From contig JBNLVL010000034.1 in assembly GCA_050618075.1 (NCBI GenBank), positions 271,268 through 335,267 of the forward strand: a DNA stretch of 64,000 nt. Direction: 5' to 3'. Below are positions 1 through 7,383 of the stretch, piece after piece. A model generated the notes under the pieces. That model was given only the letters and a program-made list of their open reading frames with translations, made no database searches and was not told the DNA's origin. Made by a program: the position numbers and the translations under genes. Origin of the DNA: Myxococcota bacterium. GTDB lineage: Bacteria; Myxococcota_A; UBA9160; UBA4427. Numbering within the stretch: position 1 is the stretch's first letter; every line of letters starts with the position of its first letter.

Positions 1-1
1 C

Positions 2-112
2 ATCGGCGACCTCGACGTCTCCCGGGTGGCCCAGCGCCTGGGCGGCGGCGGACACCGCAACGCCGCGGGGTTCAGCGTGACCCTCGAGCGCTGGCTCGCC
101 GACTTCGCCTGA
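2..112 (+). CDS. 3' end of a DHH/DHHA1-family phosphoesterase (NrnA-like), truncated by window edge
   Basis: Frame is open from the window edge. Tail reads ...VAQRLGGGGHRNAAGFSVTLERWLADFA*, and GGGH..AAG is the DHHA1 signature. Stop TGA at 110-112. Confidence 0.5.
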   Translation: MGDLDVSRVAQRLGGGGHRNAAGFSVTLERWLADFA

Positions 113-252
113 GCCCGGTCCCGAGACCACCCCCGATTGCGAGCCGGACCGGATCGCGAGATGGGCCCGAATATCCCCTCGGGCATACTCCTGAGATCGT
201 TCTGTGGAAAAATTCATCGGATGACTTGATCACTCGATGAGTCTCTGCCAGA

Positions 253-1065
253 GTGCGCCCCATGGTCCACTCCGACGAATCCTCCGATGGCGGGCTCCGC
301 GGCGCGCGGCTGCGGCCGGTGGAGCGACGTTCGTTCGGCGACGCCGTGGTGGCGGAGCTCTCCGAGGCGATCCTGCACGGCCGCTACCAGCCCGGAGAAT
401 CCCTCCCGCCCGAGCACGCGCTCTGCGAGCAGCTCGGCGTGCGGCGTGGCGCGCTGCGCGAGGGACTGAAGCGCCTCGAGCAGGCGGGCCTCGTCGAGAT
501 CCGCCACGGCGGCGGCACCCGCGTCCGCGACTACCGCCGCAACGCCGGGCTCGAGGTGCTGCCGACCCTCCTCCGCCGCCCGGACGGCCGCATCGACGCC
601 GACGTCGTCCGGTCGGTGATGGAGATGCGCTCCGCCCTCGCCCCGGACGTCGCCCGCCAGGCGGCCCGGCGTCGCAGCGACGCGCAGCTGTCGCGCCTGT
701 CGGGGCTGGTGGAGGCGCTCACCGAGGCCGGCGACGAGCCCGAGCGTCGCGGGGAGCTCTCCGGCGAGATCTGGGACGCCATCGTCGATGCCAGCCAGAA
801 CGTGGCCTATCGACTGGCGTACAACGCGCTGCTGGCCGTGTCGCGCCTGGGGCGCCGCTGGCTGCCGAGCGTGCTCTCCAGCGAAGTCGAGTACGTGGGC
901 GACTACGGCGAGCTGGTGCTCGCCATCCGCGACCACGACACCGAGGCCGCCGGACGGATCGCCCACACCATCACCACCCGAGGACAGGACGCCCTGGACG
1001 CCGCCCTCCGGGCCGGCACGGTCGACGCCGCGCTCGCCCGGACCGACGAGGACCGAAGATCATGA
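253..1065 (+). CDS. GntR-family transcriptional regulator, FadR/FCD subtype
   Basis: Track ORF of 270 aa. N-terminal winged HTH (ESLPPEHALCEQLGVRRGALREGLKRLEQAGLVEIRHGGGTRV) plus an all-helical FCD-like C-domain. Start is GTG 253 or ATG 262. Confidence 0.85.
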   Translation: MRPMVHSDESSDGGLRGARLRPVERRSFGDAVVAELSEAILHGRYQPGESLPPEHALCEQLGVRRGALREGLKRLEQAGLVEIRHGGGTRVRDYRRNAGLEVLPTLLRRPDGRIDADVVRSVMEMRSALAPDVARQAARRRSDAQLSRLSGLVEALTEAGDEPERRGELSGEIWDAIVDASQNVAYRLAYNALLAVSRLGRRWLPSVLSSEVEYVGDYGELVLAIRDHDTEAAGRIAHTITTRGQDALDAALRAGTVDAALARTDEDRRS

Positions 1066-1646
1066 GCCCCACGCTGACCTCCCTCTCGATCGGCCTGCTG
1101 GCGGCCGCCGCCGGTCTGCTGGCCTGGCCGGCCCTCGAGTACCTCATCCACGGCGTGCTGTGTCATCGCTACCGGACGCTGGTGGGGCCCTTCCACTGGG
1201 GCCACCACCGCAACCCCCACGGAGTCTTCACCTCGCCGGTGGCATGGGTTCCGCTGGCCGCGATCATCTGGGTCCTCGCCGCCCTGACCGCCGGCGCCGT
1301 GCTGGGGAGCCTCTTCGTCCTGGGGCTCCTCGCGGGCTTCGCCCGCTACGAGTGGGTCCACTACCGGTTCCACTTCCGCGAGCCGCGCAGCGAGCGGGAG
1401 CGCATGCTGCGCGCGCACCACCTGGCGCACCACTTCCGGAATCCGCGCATGTACCAGGGGGTGACGACCCGCGTCTTCGACCGCGCGTTCGGCACCCTGC
1501 CCGCGGAGTGGCGCGAGGACTACGCCCGGGTGGCGGACCGGCCCCCGCTCGCCGGCCCTTCCAACCTCCGGGCCACCTACGGAGCCACGGGCCTGCGATC
1601 CATGTGGGCCCAGGTGGCCGATTGGCTGCCCGGCCTCCGCTCCTGA
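1062..1646 (+). CDS. Membrane fatty-acid hydroxylase / sterol desaturase superfamily protein (His-box di-iron enzyme)
   Basis: In-frame ATG 1062 inside track ORF 237..1646; the upstream part of that ORF is Arg/Pro junk. ATGA overlap with the GntR stop. Hydrophobic segments and His boxes HGVLCH, HWGHHRNPH, HYRFHF, HHLAHH. Confidence 0.7.
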   Translation: MSPTLTSLSIGLLAAAAGLLAWPALEYLIHGVLCHRYRTLVGPFHWGHHRNPHGVFTSPVAWVPLAAIIWVLAALTAGAVLGSLFVLGLLAGFARYEWVHYRFHFREPRSERERMLRAHHLAHHFRNPRMYQGVTTRVFDRAFGTLPAEWREDYARVADRPPLAGPSNLRATYGATGLRSMWAQVADWLPGLRS

Positions 1647-1653
1647 GCGGCGC

Positions 1654-1950
1654 TCAGCCGCCCGACTCGGCCGCCCAGGCCTCCGGGGTGAACGTGCGCA
1701 TGGCCAGGGCGTGGATGTCGCGCTCCATCTCCTCGGCCAGCACCTGGAAGACCAGCCGCTGGGCGGCCACCCGCGACAGCCCCTGGAACCTCTCGGAGAC
1801 GATGGTGGCGCGGAAGTGACCGCGGCCGTCGCGGGCGCCCGCGTGTCCGGCGTGGAGATGGCTCTCGTCCTCCACCTCGACGTGGGTGGCCTCGAGGGCC
1901 TCGCGAAGCCTCGCCTCGATGCGCGCTCGCCGGTCGCCTGCTTCGGCCAT
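1654..1950 (-). CDS. bolA: BolA-family protein
   Basis: Last 98 codons of track ORF 1654..2757. Sequence ...HVEVEDESHLH...GHFRATIVSERFQGLSRVAAQRLVFQVL... is BolA-like. ATG 1948-1950 overlaps the upstream stop (TGATG). Confidence 0.8.
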   Translation of the reverse strand: MAEAGDRRARIEARLREALEATHVEVEDESHLHAGHAGARDGRGHFRATIVSERFQGLSRVAAQRLVFQVLAEEMERDIHALAMRTFTPEAWAAESGG

Positions 1951-3110
1951 CAGTCCTTGGGGAGGCCGAGGATGCGCTCGGCGATGATGTTCTTCTGGAT
2001 GTTCGGCGTCCCGCCGCCGATCACCACCTCGGGCCAGCCCAGGGCCAGGCCCTGCCAGCGGCCGCCGTCGGCCACGGGCTCGGCGTCCCGCGCCAGGGGG
2101 CCGGCGCTTCCCTGGATCTCGAGCGCGAGGTCGCCGAGCTCGATCTCGAGCGCCGCCCGGTGGAGCTTGTTGACCGAGGTCTCGGCGCCCAGCTTCTCGC
2201 CCTTCAGCTGCCGGGTGAGGAAGCGCATGCCGTTGTGCCGCATGGCCTGGATGCGGGTCTCGGCCATGGCGATGCGGCGGCGGATGGAGGGGTGCTCGGA
2301 GGCCGGCCGGCCGCCCTTCCGGGTGCGCCGGGCCAGATCGCGGATCTGCTCGAGGTGGCGCATGAGCCCGTGGAACTCGGCGATGCCCGACCGCTCGTGG
2401 GCCAGGGCGGTGATCGTCACCTGCCAGCCCTGCCCCTCCTCGCCCAGGCGGTTGGCCACGGGCACGCGCACGTCGTTGAAGAAGACCTCGGCGAAGATCG
2501 CTCCCCCGGACATGTTCCGGATGGGCCGGACGTCGATGCCGGGCGTGTCCATGGGGACCAGCAGGCAGGTGATGCCGTCGTGCTTGTCCGTCACGTCGAA
2601 GTCGGTGCGAACCAGCAGGATGATCCACTTCGACCACATGGCGATGGAGGTCCAGATCTTCTGGCCGTTGACGACGTACTCGTCCCCCTCGCGCACGCCC
2701 TTGCACTTCAGGCTGGCGAGGTCGCTGCCGGAGTCGGGCTCGCTGTAGCCCGTGCACCAGTGGTAGGCGCCGTCGAGGATGTCGGGGATGAAGCGCTTCT
2801 TCTGCTCCTCGGTCCCGTACTCGATGATGGAGGGGCCCACCCAGGCGAGCCCCATGAAGCAGGTGCCGAGGGGCGGCGCCTTGCGCTGGGCCATCTCGTC
2901 CTTGAGGATGACCTGCTGCATGATGCTGCCGCCGCCGCCGCCGACCTCCTCCGGCCAGGAGAAGCCGACCCAGCGCTTCTCGCGCACCTTCCGGTTCCAG
3001 CGCTGGCCGAAATCGGGACCGCGCTCCGATTCGGGCGGCAGGTTCTCGTCCAGGAACTCGCGGACCTCCTGACGGAAGGCCTCTTCTTCGGGAGTGAGCT
3101 CGAAATCCAT
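1950..3110 (-). CDS. Acyl-CoA dehydrogenase, GGGT-type subunit
   Basis: 386-aa ORF with YSEPDSGSDLASL, VNGQKIWTS and C-terminal IGGGTPNIQKNIIAERILGLP. Confidence 0.9.
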   Translation of the reverse strand: MDFELTPEEEAFRQEVREFLDENLPPESERGPDFGQRWNRKVREKRWVGFSWPEEVGGGGGSIMQQVILKDEMAQRKAPPLGTCFMGLAWVGPSIIEYGTEEQKKRFIPDILDGAYHWCTGYSEPDSGSDLASLKCKGVREGDEYVVNGQKIWTSIAMWSKWIILLVRTDFDVTDKHDGITCLLVPMDTPGIDVRPIRNMSGGAIFAEVFFNDVRVPVANRLGEEGQGWQVTITALAHERSGIAEFHGLMRHLEQIRDLARRTRKGGRPASEHPSIRRRIAMAETRIQAMRHNGMRFLTRQLKGEKLGAETSVNKLHRAALEIELGDLALEIQGSAGPLARDAEPVADGGRWQGLALGWPEVVIGGGTPNIQKNIIAERILGLPKD

Positions 3111-3138
3111 CGTCGACCTCGGTGGCGTGGGTGTCGGG

Positions 3139-4272
3139 TCAGAGACCGGAGAGGCGCGCCAGGCGCTCGTAGTGGTGGTCGGAGTCTCCGAAGTGGGGCC
3201 GCGCCCACTTGGATCGTTTCAGGTACATCTGGATGTCGTACTCCCAGGTGTACCCGACGCCGCCGTGGAGCTGCACGCCGTCGACGCCGATCCGCGCCAG
3301 CGCCTCGCTGGCGTAGGCCTTGGCGCGGGACACCGCCGCCGCGGCGTCGTCGGCGCCCTGGTCCATCGCCCAGGCCGCGTAGTAGAGCAGGGACTTGTAC
3401 GACTCGATGTCGACGTACATCTCGGCCAGCGGGTGCTTCACGCCCTGGAAGCGGCCAATGGGCTCGCCGAACTGGATGCGCTCCTTCGCGAACGAGGTCG
3501 TGAGGGCGAGGGCGCCCTCGCCGGCGCCGATCATCTCGGCGGTGACCAGCATGGCGCCGACGTCCACCAGCCACTCGACCGTGGGCCAGGCGCCGTCCAC
3601 GTCACCCAGCACGCGGTCCCGGTCCAGGCGCACGTCCGCCAGGTCGAGGCGGCCGACCCGCTTGGTGAGGTCCATGGAAGGGTGGTCCGCCGCGCTCGCC
3701 CCCGGGTCGCTCTTCTCGACCACCACCAGGGAGACGCCGGACCGGGGATCCCCCGAGCCCGTGCGAACCGCCACCACGAACAGGTCCGCGGCCCCGGCGT
3801 CGGGCACGAAGAGCTTGGACCCGGAGAGCACGACCGCGTCGGACTCCACGCGCCCGGCGAGCTCGATGCCCTCGGCGTCGAGCCGGTCGCCGGCCTCCAC
3901 CAGGGCGAACGTGCCGATGCACGTGCCCTCGGCCAGCCCGGGCAGCCAGCGCCGCTTCTGCTCGTCGCTGCCCAGGGCCTCGATGGCCTTGGCCGCGAGC
4001 ACGCTGGAGACGAGGGGCGACGGAAACAGCGTGCGGCCGGTCTCCTCGAGGACCGCCACCAGCGTGACGAAGTCGAGCCCCACACCGCCGTGGGCCTCGG
4101 GCACGGTGAGGCCGACCCAGCCGAGCTCGGCCATGCGCGCCCAGAGGGCCCGGTCGAAGCCCAAGTCGGACTCGACCATCTTGCGCACCTCGGAGATCGG
4201 CGCGTTCTGGTCCAGGAACTTGCGCACCTCTGCGCGAAGCAGCTCCTGCTCTTCGGTGAAGCCGAAATTCAT
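3139..4272 (-). CDS. Acyl-CoA dehydrogenase family protein, HGGxG-type subunit
   Basis: ATG at 4272 preceded by a GAGG SD. Begins MNFGFTEEQELLR... and ends with LHGGVGYTWEYDIQMYLKR. The 74 upstream codons of track ORF 3139..4494 were rejected as Arg-rich. Confidence 0.85.
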   Translation of the reverse strand: MNFGFTEEQELLRAEVRKFLDQNAPISEVRKMVESDLGFDRALWARMAELGWVGLTVPEAHGGVGLDFVTLVAVLEETGRTLFPSPLVSSVLAAKAIEALGSDEQKRRWLPGLAEGTCIGTFALVEAGDRLDAEGIELAGRVESDAVVLSGSKLFVPDAGAADLFVVAVRTGSGDPRSGVSLVVVEKSDPGASAADHPSMDLTKRVGRLDLADVRLDRDRVLGDVDGAWPTVEWLVDVGAMLVTAEMIGAGEGALALTTSFAKERIQFGEPIGRFQGVKHPLAEMYVDIESYKSLLYYAAWAMDQGADDAAAAVSRAKAYASEALARIGVDGVQLHGGVGYTWEYDIQMYLKRSKWARPHFGDSDHHYERLARLSGL

Positions 4273-4483
4273 CGGGGGGACCTCTGTGGGTTCGTCCGCT
4301 CGCTCCCGCGAATCGGGGCCGGCCGGCCGGGACGCCCGCCGCTGGCGCAGGCGGCGCGGATGGTAGTGCGAGCGGAATGGGGTGTCAGCATCCTCGCAGG
4401 GCCCCCTGCGCCGGCGCCGGGCTCGATCGCTCGCCTTGACGGCGCTTCGACACTCCCGCAGCCTTCGGCCCCCGGGAGACCCG

Positions 4484-5593
4484 ATGCGCATCACGTTCCT
4501 GCTCTCGACAGTCGGTCACCCGAGGCATCGCAAGCGCATGCGTTCGCTGCGCCGCCTCGGTGCGGACACCTCGGCCCTGGCCTTCGCCCGCGAGGGTCAC
4601 CTCCGCGACGACGAGACGCCGAACCTCCGGATCCTGGGAGAGATCGGGCACGAGGAGGTGTTGAAGAGGGTCACCACGCTGGCGCGCGCGCTCCGGGTGG
4701 TGCGGGAGTCCGCCCGGCACAGCGACGTGCTCTACACCTTCGGCCCGGACCAGCTCGCGCTCGCGCGCCTGGCGGTCGCCGGTCTCCGCCCCCGACCCAG
4801 GCTCGTCGTCGAGATCGGCGACCTGCACCCGCTGCTGGTCAGCGGGCGTCCGGTCGCCAGGGCGGGACGCGCCGTCGAGCGCATGATGATGCGCGGCGAC
4901 GTGCTCCTGGTGTCCACCTCGCCCGCCTTCGTCGAGAAGTACTACCGGGAGATGCTGGGGATGAAGTCCCTGCGGAGCCTGGTGATCGAGAACAAGGTGG
5001 ACCCCGACGTCACGCCCGAGCCGCTCCCCCGCGACCGGGACGAGAGCGGACCGATCCGCATCGGCTGGTTCGGGCTGCTGCGCTGCGAGCGATCGTGGGA
5101 GGTGCTGTCCCGGGTCGCGCGCGAAGGGGAAGGACGCGTCCGTGTGATCCTGCGCGGCATGCCCATGGCGCGCCTCGCCGATCTGGCCGAGCGGGTCGAG
5201 CGCGTGCCGAACATGGAGTTCGGCGGGCGCTACAGCGTGCCCGACGACCTGCCCGGGATGTACGGCGGCGTCGACCTCTGCTGGATGGTGCACCACGACA
5301 CCGAGCGTCCCTACGAGAGCTGGGGCTGGGCGCGCAGCAACCGCCTCTACCAGGCGGGCTGGTTCCGGACGCCCATCGTGGGCCAGTCCGACAAGGACGA
5401 CTCGACGGTCCTGCGCGAGCACGACCTGGGCATGACCATCGACGTCACCGACGCCGACGCCTCGGTCGCGGCCCTGCTCGCCGTGACCCGCCAGGACGTG
5501 GCGCGCTGGCGCGACCGCTTCGAGGCCGTTCCGCGGAGCGTGTTCGCCCTGGGCGACGAGCACGAGAGGCTCATGGAGCTCCTTCGCAGCTGA
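4484..5593 (+). CDS. Putative GT-B-fold glycosyltransferase-like protein (pattern-level call only)
   Basis: ATG 4484 with a GGGAGA SD. Two Rossmann-like halves begin MRITFLLSTVG... and ...IRIGWFGLLR.... No diagnostic catalytic motif recognised. Confidence 0.5.
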   Translation: MRITFLLSTVGHPRHRKRMRSLRRLGADTSALAFAREGHLRDDETPNLRILGEIGHEEVLKRVTTLARALRVVRESARHSDVLYTFGPDQLALARLAVAGLRPRPRLVVEIGDLHPLLVSGRPVARAGRAVERMMMRGDVLLVSTSPAFVEKYYREMLGMKSLRSLVIENKVDPDVTPEPLPRDRDESGPIRIGWFGLLRCERSWEVLSRVAREGEGRVRVILRGMPMARLADLAERVERVPNMEFGGRYSVPDDLPGMYGGVDLCWMVHHDTERPYESWGWARSNRLYQAGWFRTPIVGQSDKDDSTVLREHDLGMTIDVTDADASVAALLAVTRQDVARWRDRFEAVPRSVFALGDEHERLMELLRS

Positions 5594-6311
5594 CGTCCTC
5601 TCGCGGGTCCGGCGCCGGTGTGATCAACCGGTGCGTCACCTCCCGGAACACCTCGGGTCGGAACAGCAGCTCCACGTGGCCCAGGTCGTCGAAGCGACGG
5701 GTCTGCCCGAACGGGCAGGCCGCGGCGTCGACGGGCTGGACCAGCAGGTCGCGTCCCGCCACGAGGGAAGTCACCGCCACGCCCTCGGGCTCGGGCAGCG
5801 AGTTCAGGTGGCGGATGAACGGCCCGTCCGGCAGGAGCTGGCGCACCAGCGCCGAGGGCAGGAAGTTCGCGGCGTGGGTGCCGCGATGGGGCGTGCCCAG
5901 GGTGATGAGCCGGTCCACGCGACGCGCCCCGCCCAGCTGCTGCAGGTAGAAGCGCGCCACCAGTCCGCCCATGGAGTGGGTGACGAGGTCGATGCGCCCG
6001 CCCCGCACGGCGCTCCGGAGCTCGCGCTTGAGCCGGATCGCCAGGGCCTCGAGCGACCCCGAGCTGCGGTAGTTCACCGCGTACTGGCAGCCAAAGCCCG
6101 CGGCGCGCAGCCAGGCCTGGAGCGGCAGGAAGCCCGCCCGGTTCGCGCCCAGCCCGTGCACGAACACGATGGTGCGCAGCTCCCGGTCCCGACGCTCCGG
6201 CGGCTTCGGCGTGCGCGCGCCCAGCGGGAGCAGCAGACCGTGCGCGAGGTACGAGAGTCCCTCGCGGGCGATGGCGCGCCGCACCGACCGGCGGTCGAAG
6301 TCGCTCAGCAC
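5571..6311 (-). CDS. Alpha/beta hydrolase, lipase/esterase-like
   Basis: IVFVHGLGAN, nucleophile elbow THSMGG, and LGTPHRG. Proposed GTG start at 6311, since there is no ATG in the homologous part. The rest of track ORF 5571..6974 overlaps the next gene. Confidence 0.75.
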   Translation of the reverse strand: MLSDFDRRSVRRAIAREGLSYLAHGLLLPLGARTPKPPERRDRELRTIVFVHGLGANRAGFLPLQAWLRAAGFGCQYAVNYRSSGSLEALAIRLKRELRSAVRGGRIDLVTHSMGGLVARFYLQQLGGARRVDRLITLGTPHRGTHAANFLPSALVRQLLPDGPFIRHLNSLPEPEGVAVTSLVAGRDLLVQPVDAAACPFGQTRRFDDLGHVELLFRPEVFREVTHRLITPAPDPREDVSCEGAP

Positions 6312-6634
6312 CGGGGCGGCGGGGTCGACTCTCCGGAGGCGGCGGCGCTCCGCGCCGGCCCGGGCCGGCGCTCGGAATCCAGCAGCTCGCCCGCCAGGCG
6401 GGACACCTCGTGGTTCACCTTGCGGATGACGTCGTAGATGGCGCCGATGGACGTCCCCTGGATGCGCCGCACGTCCCGGGCGCTGGCCTCGAACAGGCCG
6501 AGGCGCTCGAGCACGCCGATGGGCAGGTCCGCGATCGCCCGGTGGATCTCCTCCACGCTGGTCGCGCCCTTGTCCACGGACTCCTCGATCCACTCCCTCA
6601 GCACCGACTCCTTCAGGTCCTGCGTGTCGCTCAT
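6305..6634 (-). CDS. Hypothetical 109-aa helical protein, first gene of the hydrolase operon
   Basis: ATG 6634 with a GGGAGA SD. Non-junk composition (MSDTQDLKESVLREWIEESVDKGATSVEEIHRAIADLPIGVLERL...). Its stop overlaps the hydrolase start by 7 nt. Confidence 0.6.
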   Translation of the reverse strand: MSDTQDLKESVLREWIEESVDKGATSVEEIHRAIADLPIGVLERLGLFEASARDVRRIQGTSIGAIYDVIRKVNHEVSRLAGELLDSERRPGPARSAAASGESTPPPRC

Positions 6635-6688
6635 CGGCTGTCTCCCGTGTGCGCCGTCCGGAGGAGCGGGCGCGGTGGCGGTTCGAGT

Positions 6689-6699
6689 TTGTAATACAA
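6689..6699. promoter_or_regulatory. Perfect 11-bp palindrome TTGTAATACAA (candidate operator), overlapping a -10-like TATTAC for the minus-strand operon
   Basis: Arms TTGTA/TACAA around a central A. A minus-strand promoter candidate is TTGCCG (6714-6719), 17 nt of spacer, then TATTAC (6691-6696). A half-site TTAATACAA follows at 6701-6709. Confidence 0.4.
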
Positions 6700-6735
6700 T
6701 TTAATACAACTGGCGGCAACCCCGATTGCAAACAA

Positions 6736-6751
6736 CAATGAAATGTCATTG
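6736..6751. promoter_or_regulatory. Inverted repeat CAATGA-N4-TCATTG in the AT-rich divergent region
   Basis: Read directly from the sequence. It lies midway between the two divergent genes. Confidence 0.3.
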
Positions 6752-6792
6752 ATTTCGGATACTTGGTCGCCTTCGAGGGCGGTCGGCAGGAA

Positions 6793-6803
6793 TGTATTAC
6801 AAT
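6793..6803. promoter_or_regulatory. Second copy of the palindrome (aTGTATTACAA, 10/11) containing the -10-like TACAAT 7 nt before the ATG of the RHH gene
   Basis: TACAAT at 6798-6803 and ATG at 6811. No purine-rich SD lies in between, which suggests a leaderless or near-leaderless transcript. Confidence 0.4.
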
Positions 6804-6810
6804 ACTGCTC

Positions 6811-7302
6811 ATGGCCGAATCGGAATCGGGCAACGGCGAGCGAAGGCGCCGGGAGCGCAAGGACCGGTTGATCCAGACCCGGGTGCCCCGGGACCTGGAG
6901 TCCACCCTGAAGGAGGAGGCGCGCCGGCAGCGGCTGACCGTCTCGCACCTCATCCGGAACATCCTGGAGGACACCTTCCACCTGGTGGACGGGGTCGTGA
7001 CCGGTGTGGATCAGATCGTGAGCGACTCGGTCGAGCTCGCGCGCAGCGTGGGGAGGGAGGCCCGGCGGCGGAGCGAACCCCAGGCGCCCGGGAGCCCGGC
7101 CCCGGACGCTCCGGGAGCCGACGACGAGCTGGCCCACGTGGTGGCCTGGAGCGAGGTCGTGGTGCACCGCGCGGTGACGTGCTCGCAGTGCGGCACGCCC
7201 ATCGCCCGGGGAGAGCGGGGCTTCACCGGGGTCAGCGACGCGCCCGGGGCGCGTCGCGCCTGGCTCTGCGCCCGGTGCATCGAATCGCTGGATGCAAGCT
7301 GA
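6811..7302 (+). CDS. Ribbon-helix-helix (CopG-like) DNA-binding protein with a C-terminal CxxC...CxxC zinc-ribbon-like domain
   Basis: ATG 6811 inside track ORF 6763..7302. RHH pattern RLIQTRVPRDLESTLKEEARRQRLTVSHLIRNILEDTF, and C-terminal VTCSQCGTPI...WLCARCIESL. Confidence 0.7.
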   Translation: MAESESGNGERRRRERKDRLIQTRVPRDLESTLKEEARRQRLTVSHLIRNILEDTFHLVDGVVTGVDQIVSDSVELARSVGREARRRSEPQAPGSPAPDAPGADDELAHVVAWSEVVVHRAVTCSQCGTPIARGERGFTGVSDAPGARRAWLCARCIESLDAS

Positions 7303-7317
7303 AATGACGAGGGCGAT

Positions 7318-7340
7318 GGACGCGGCGTCGCCGCGCGTCC
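7318..7340. terminator. GC-rich hairpin between convergent genes (GGACGCG-N9-CGCGTCC), no U tract
   Basis: A 7-bp stem read from the sequence, between the RHH gene stop (7302) and the hsp20 stop (7384). Confidence 0.3.
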
Positions 7341-7383
7341 ACCGCCCTCGCGTCCCGAACCCGCCTCGGAACGCTGGAACCGG

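Noticed and set aside
3094-5949. Very long alternative-frame or antisense ORFs in the track (e.g. 3094..5949, 20332..23715, 35315..39589, 35482..39624, 39473..42136, 42711..45578, 53955..57422, and the 5' 3 kb of 50604..54620)
   Set aside because: They are Arg/Pro/Gly/Ala-rich low-complexity translations lying exactly over genes that have clear family motifs in another frame or strand. This is the expected shadow-ORF artefact of a very GC-rich genome.
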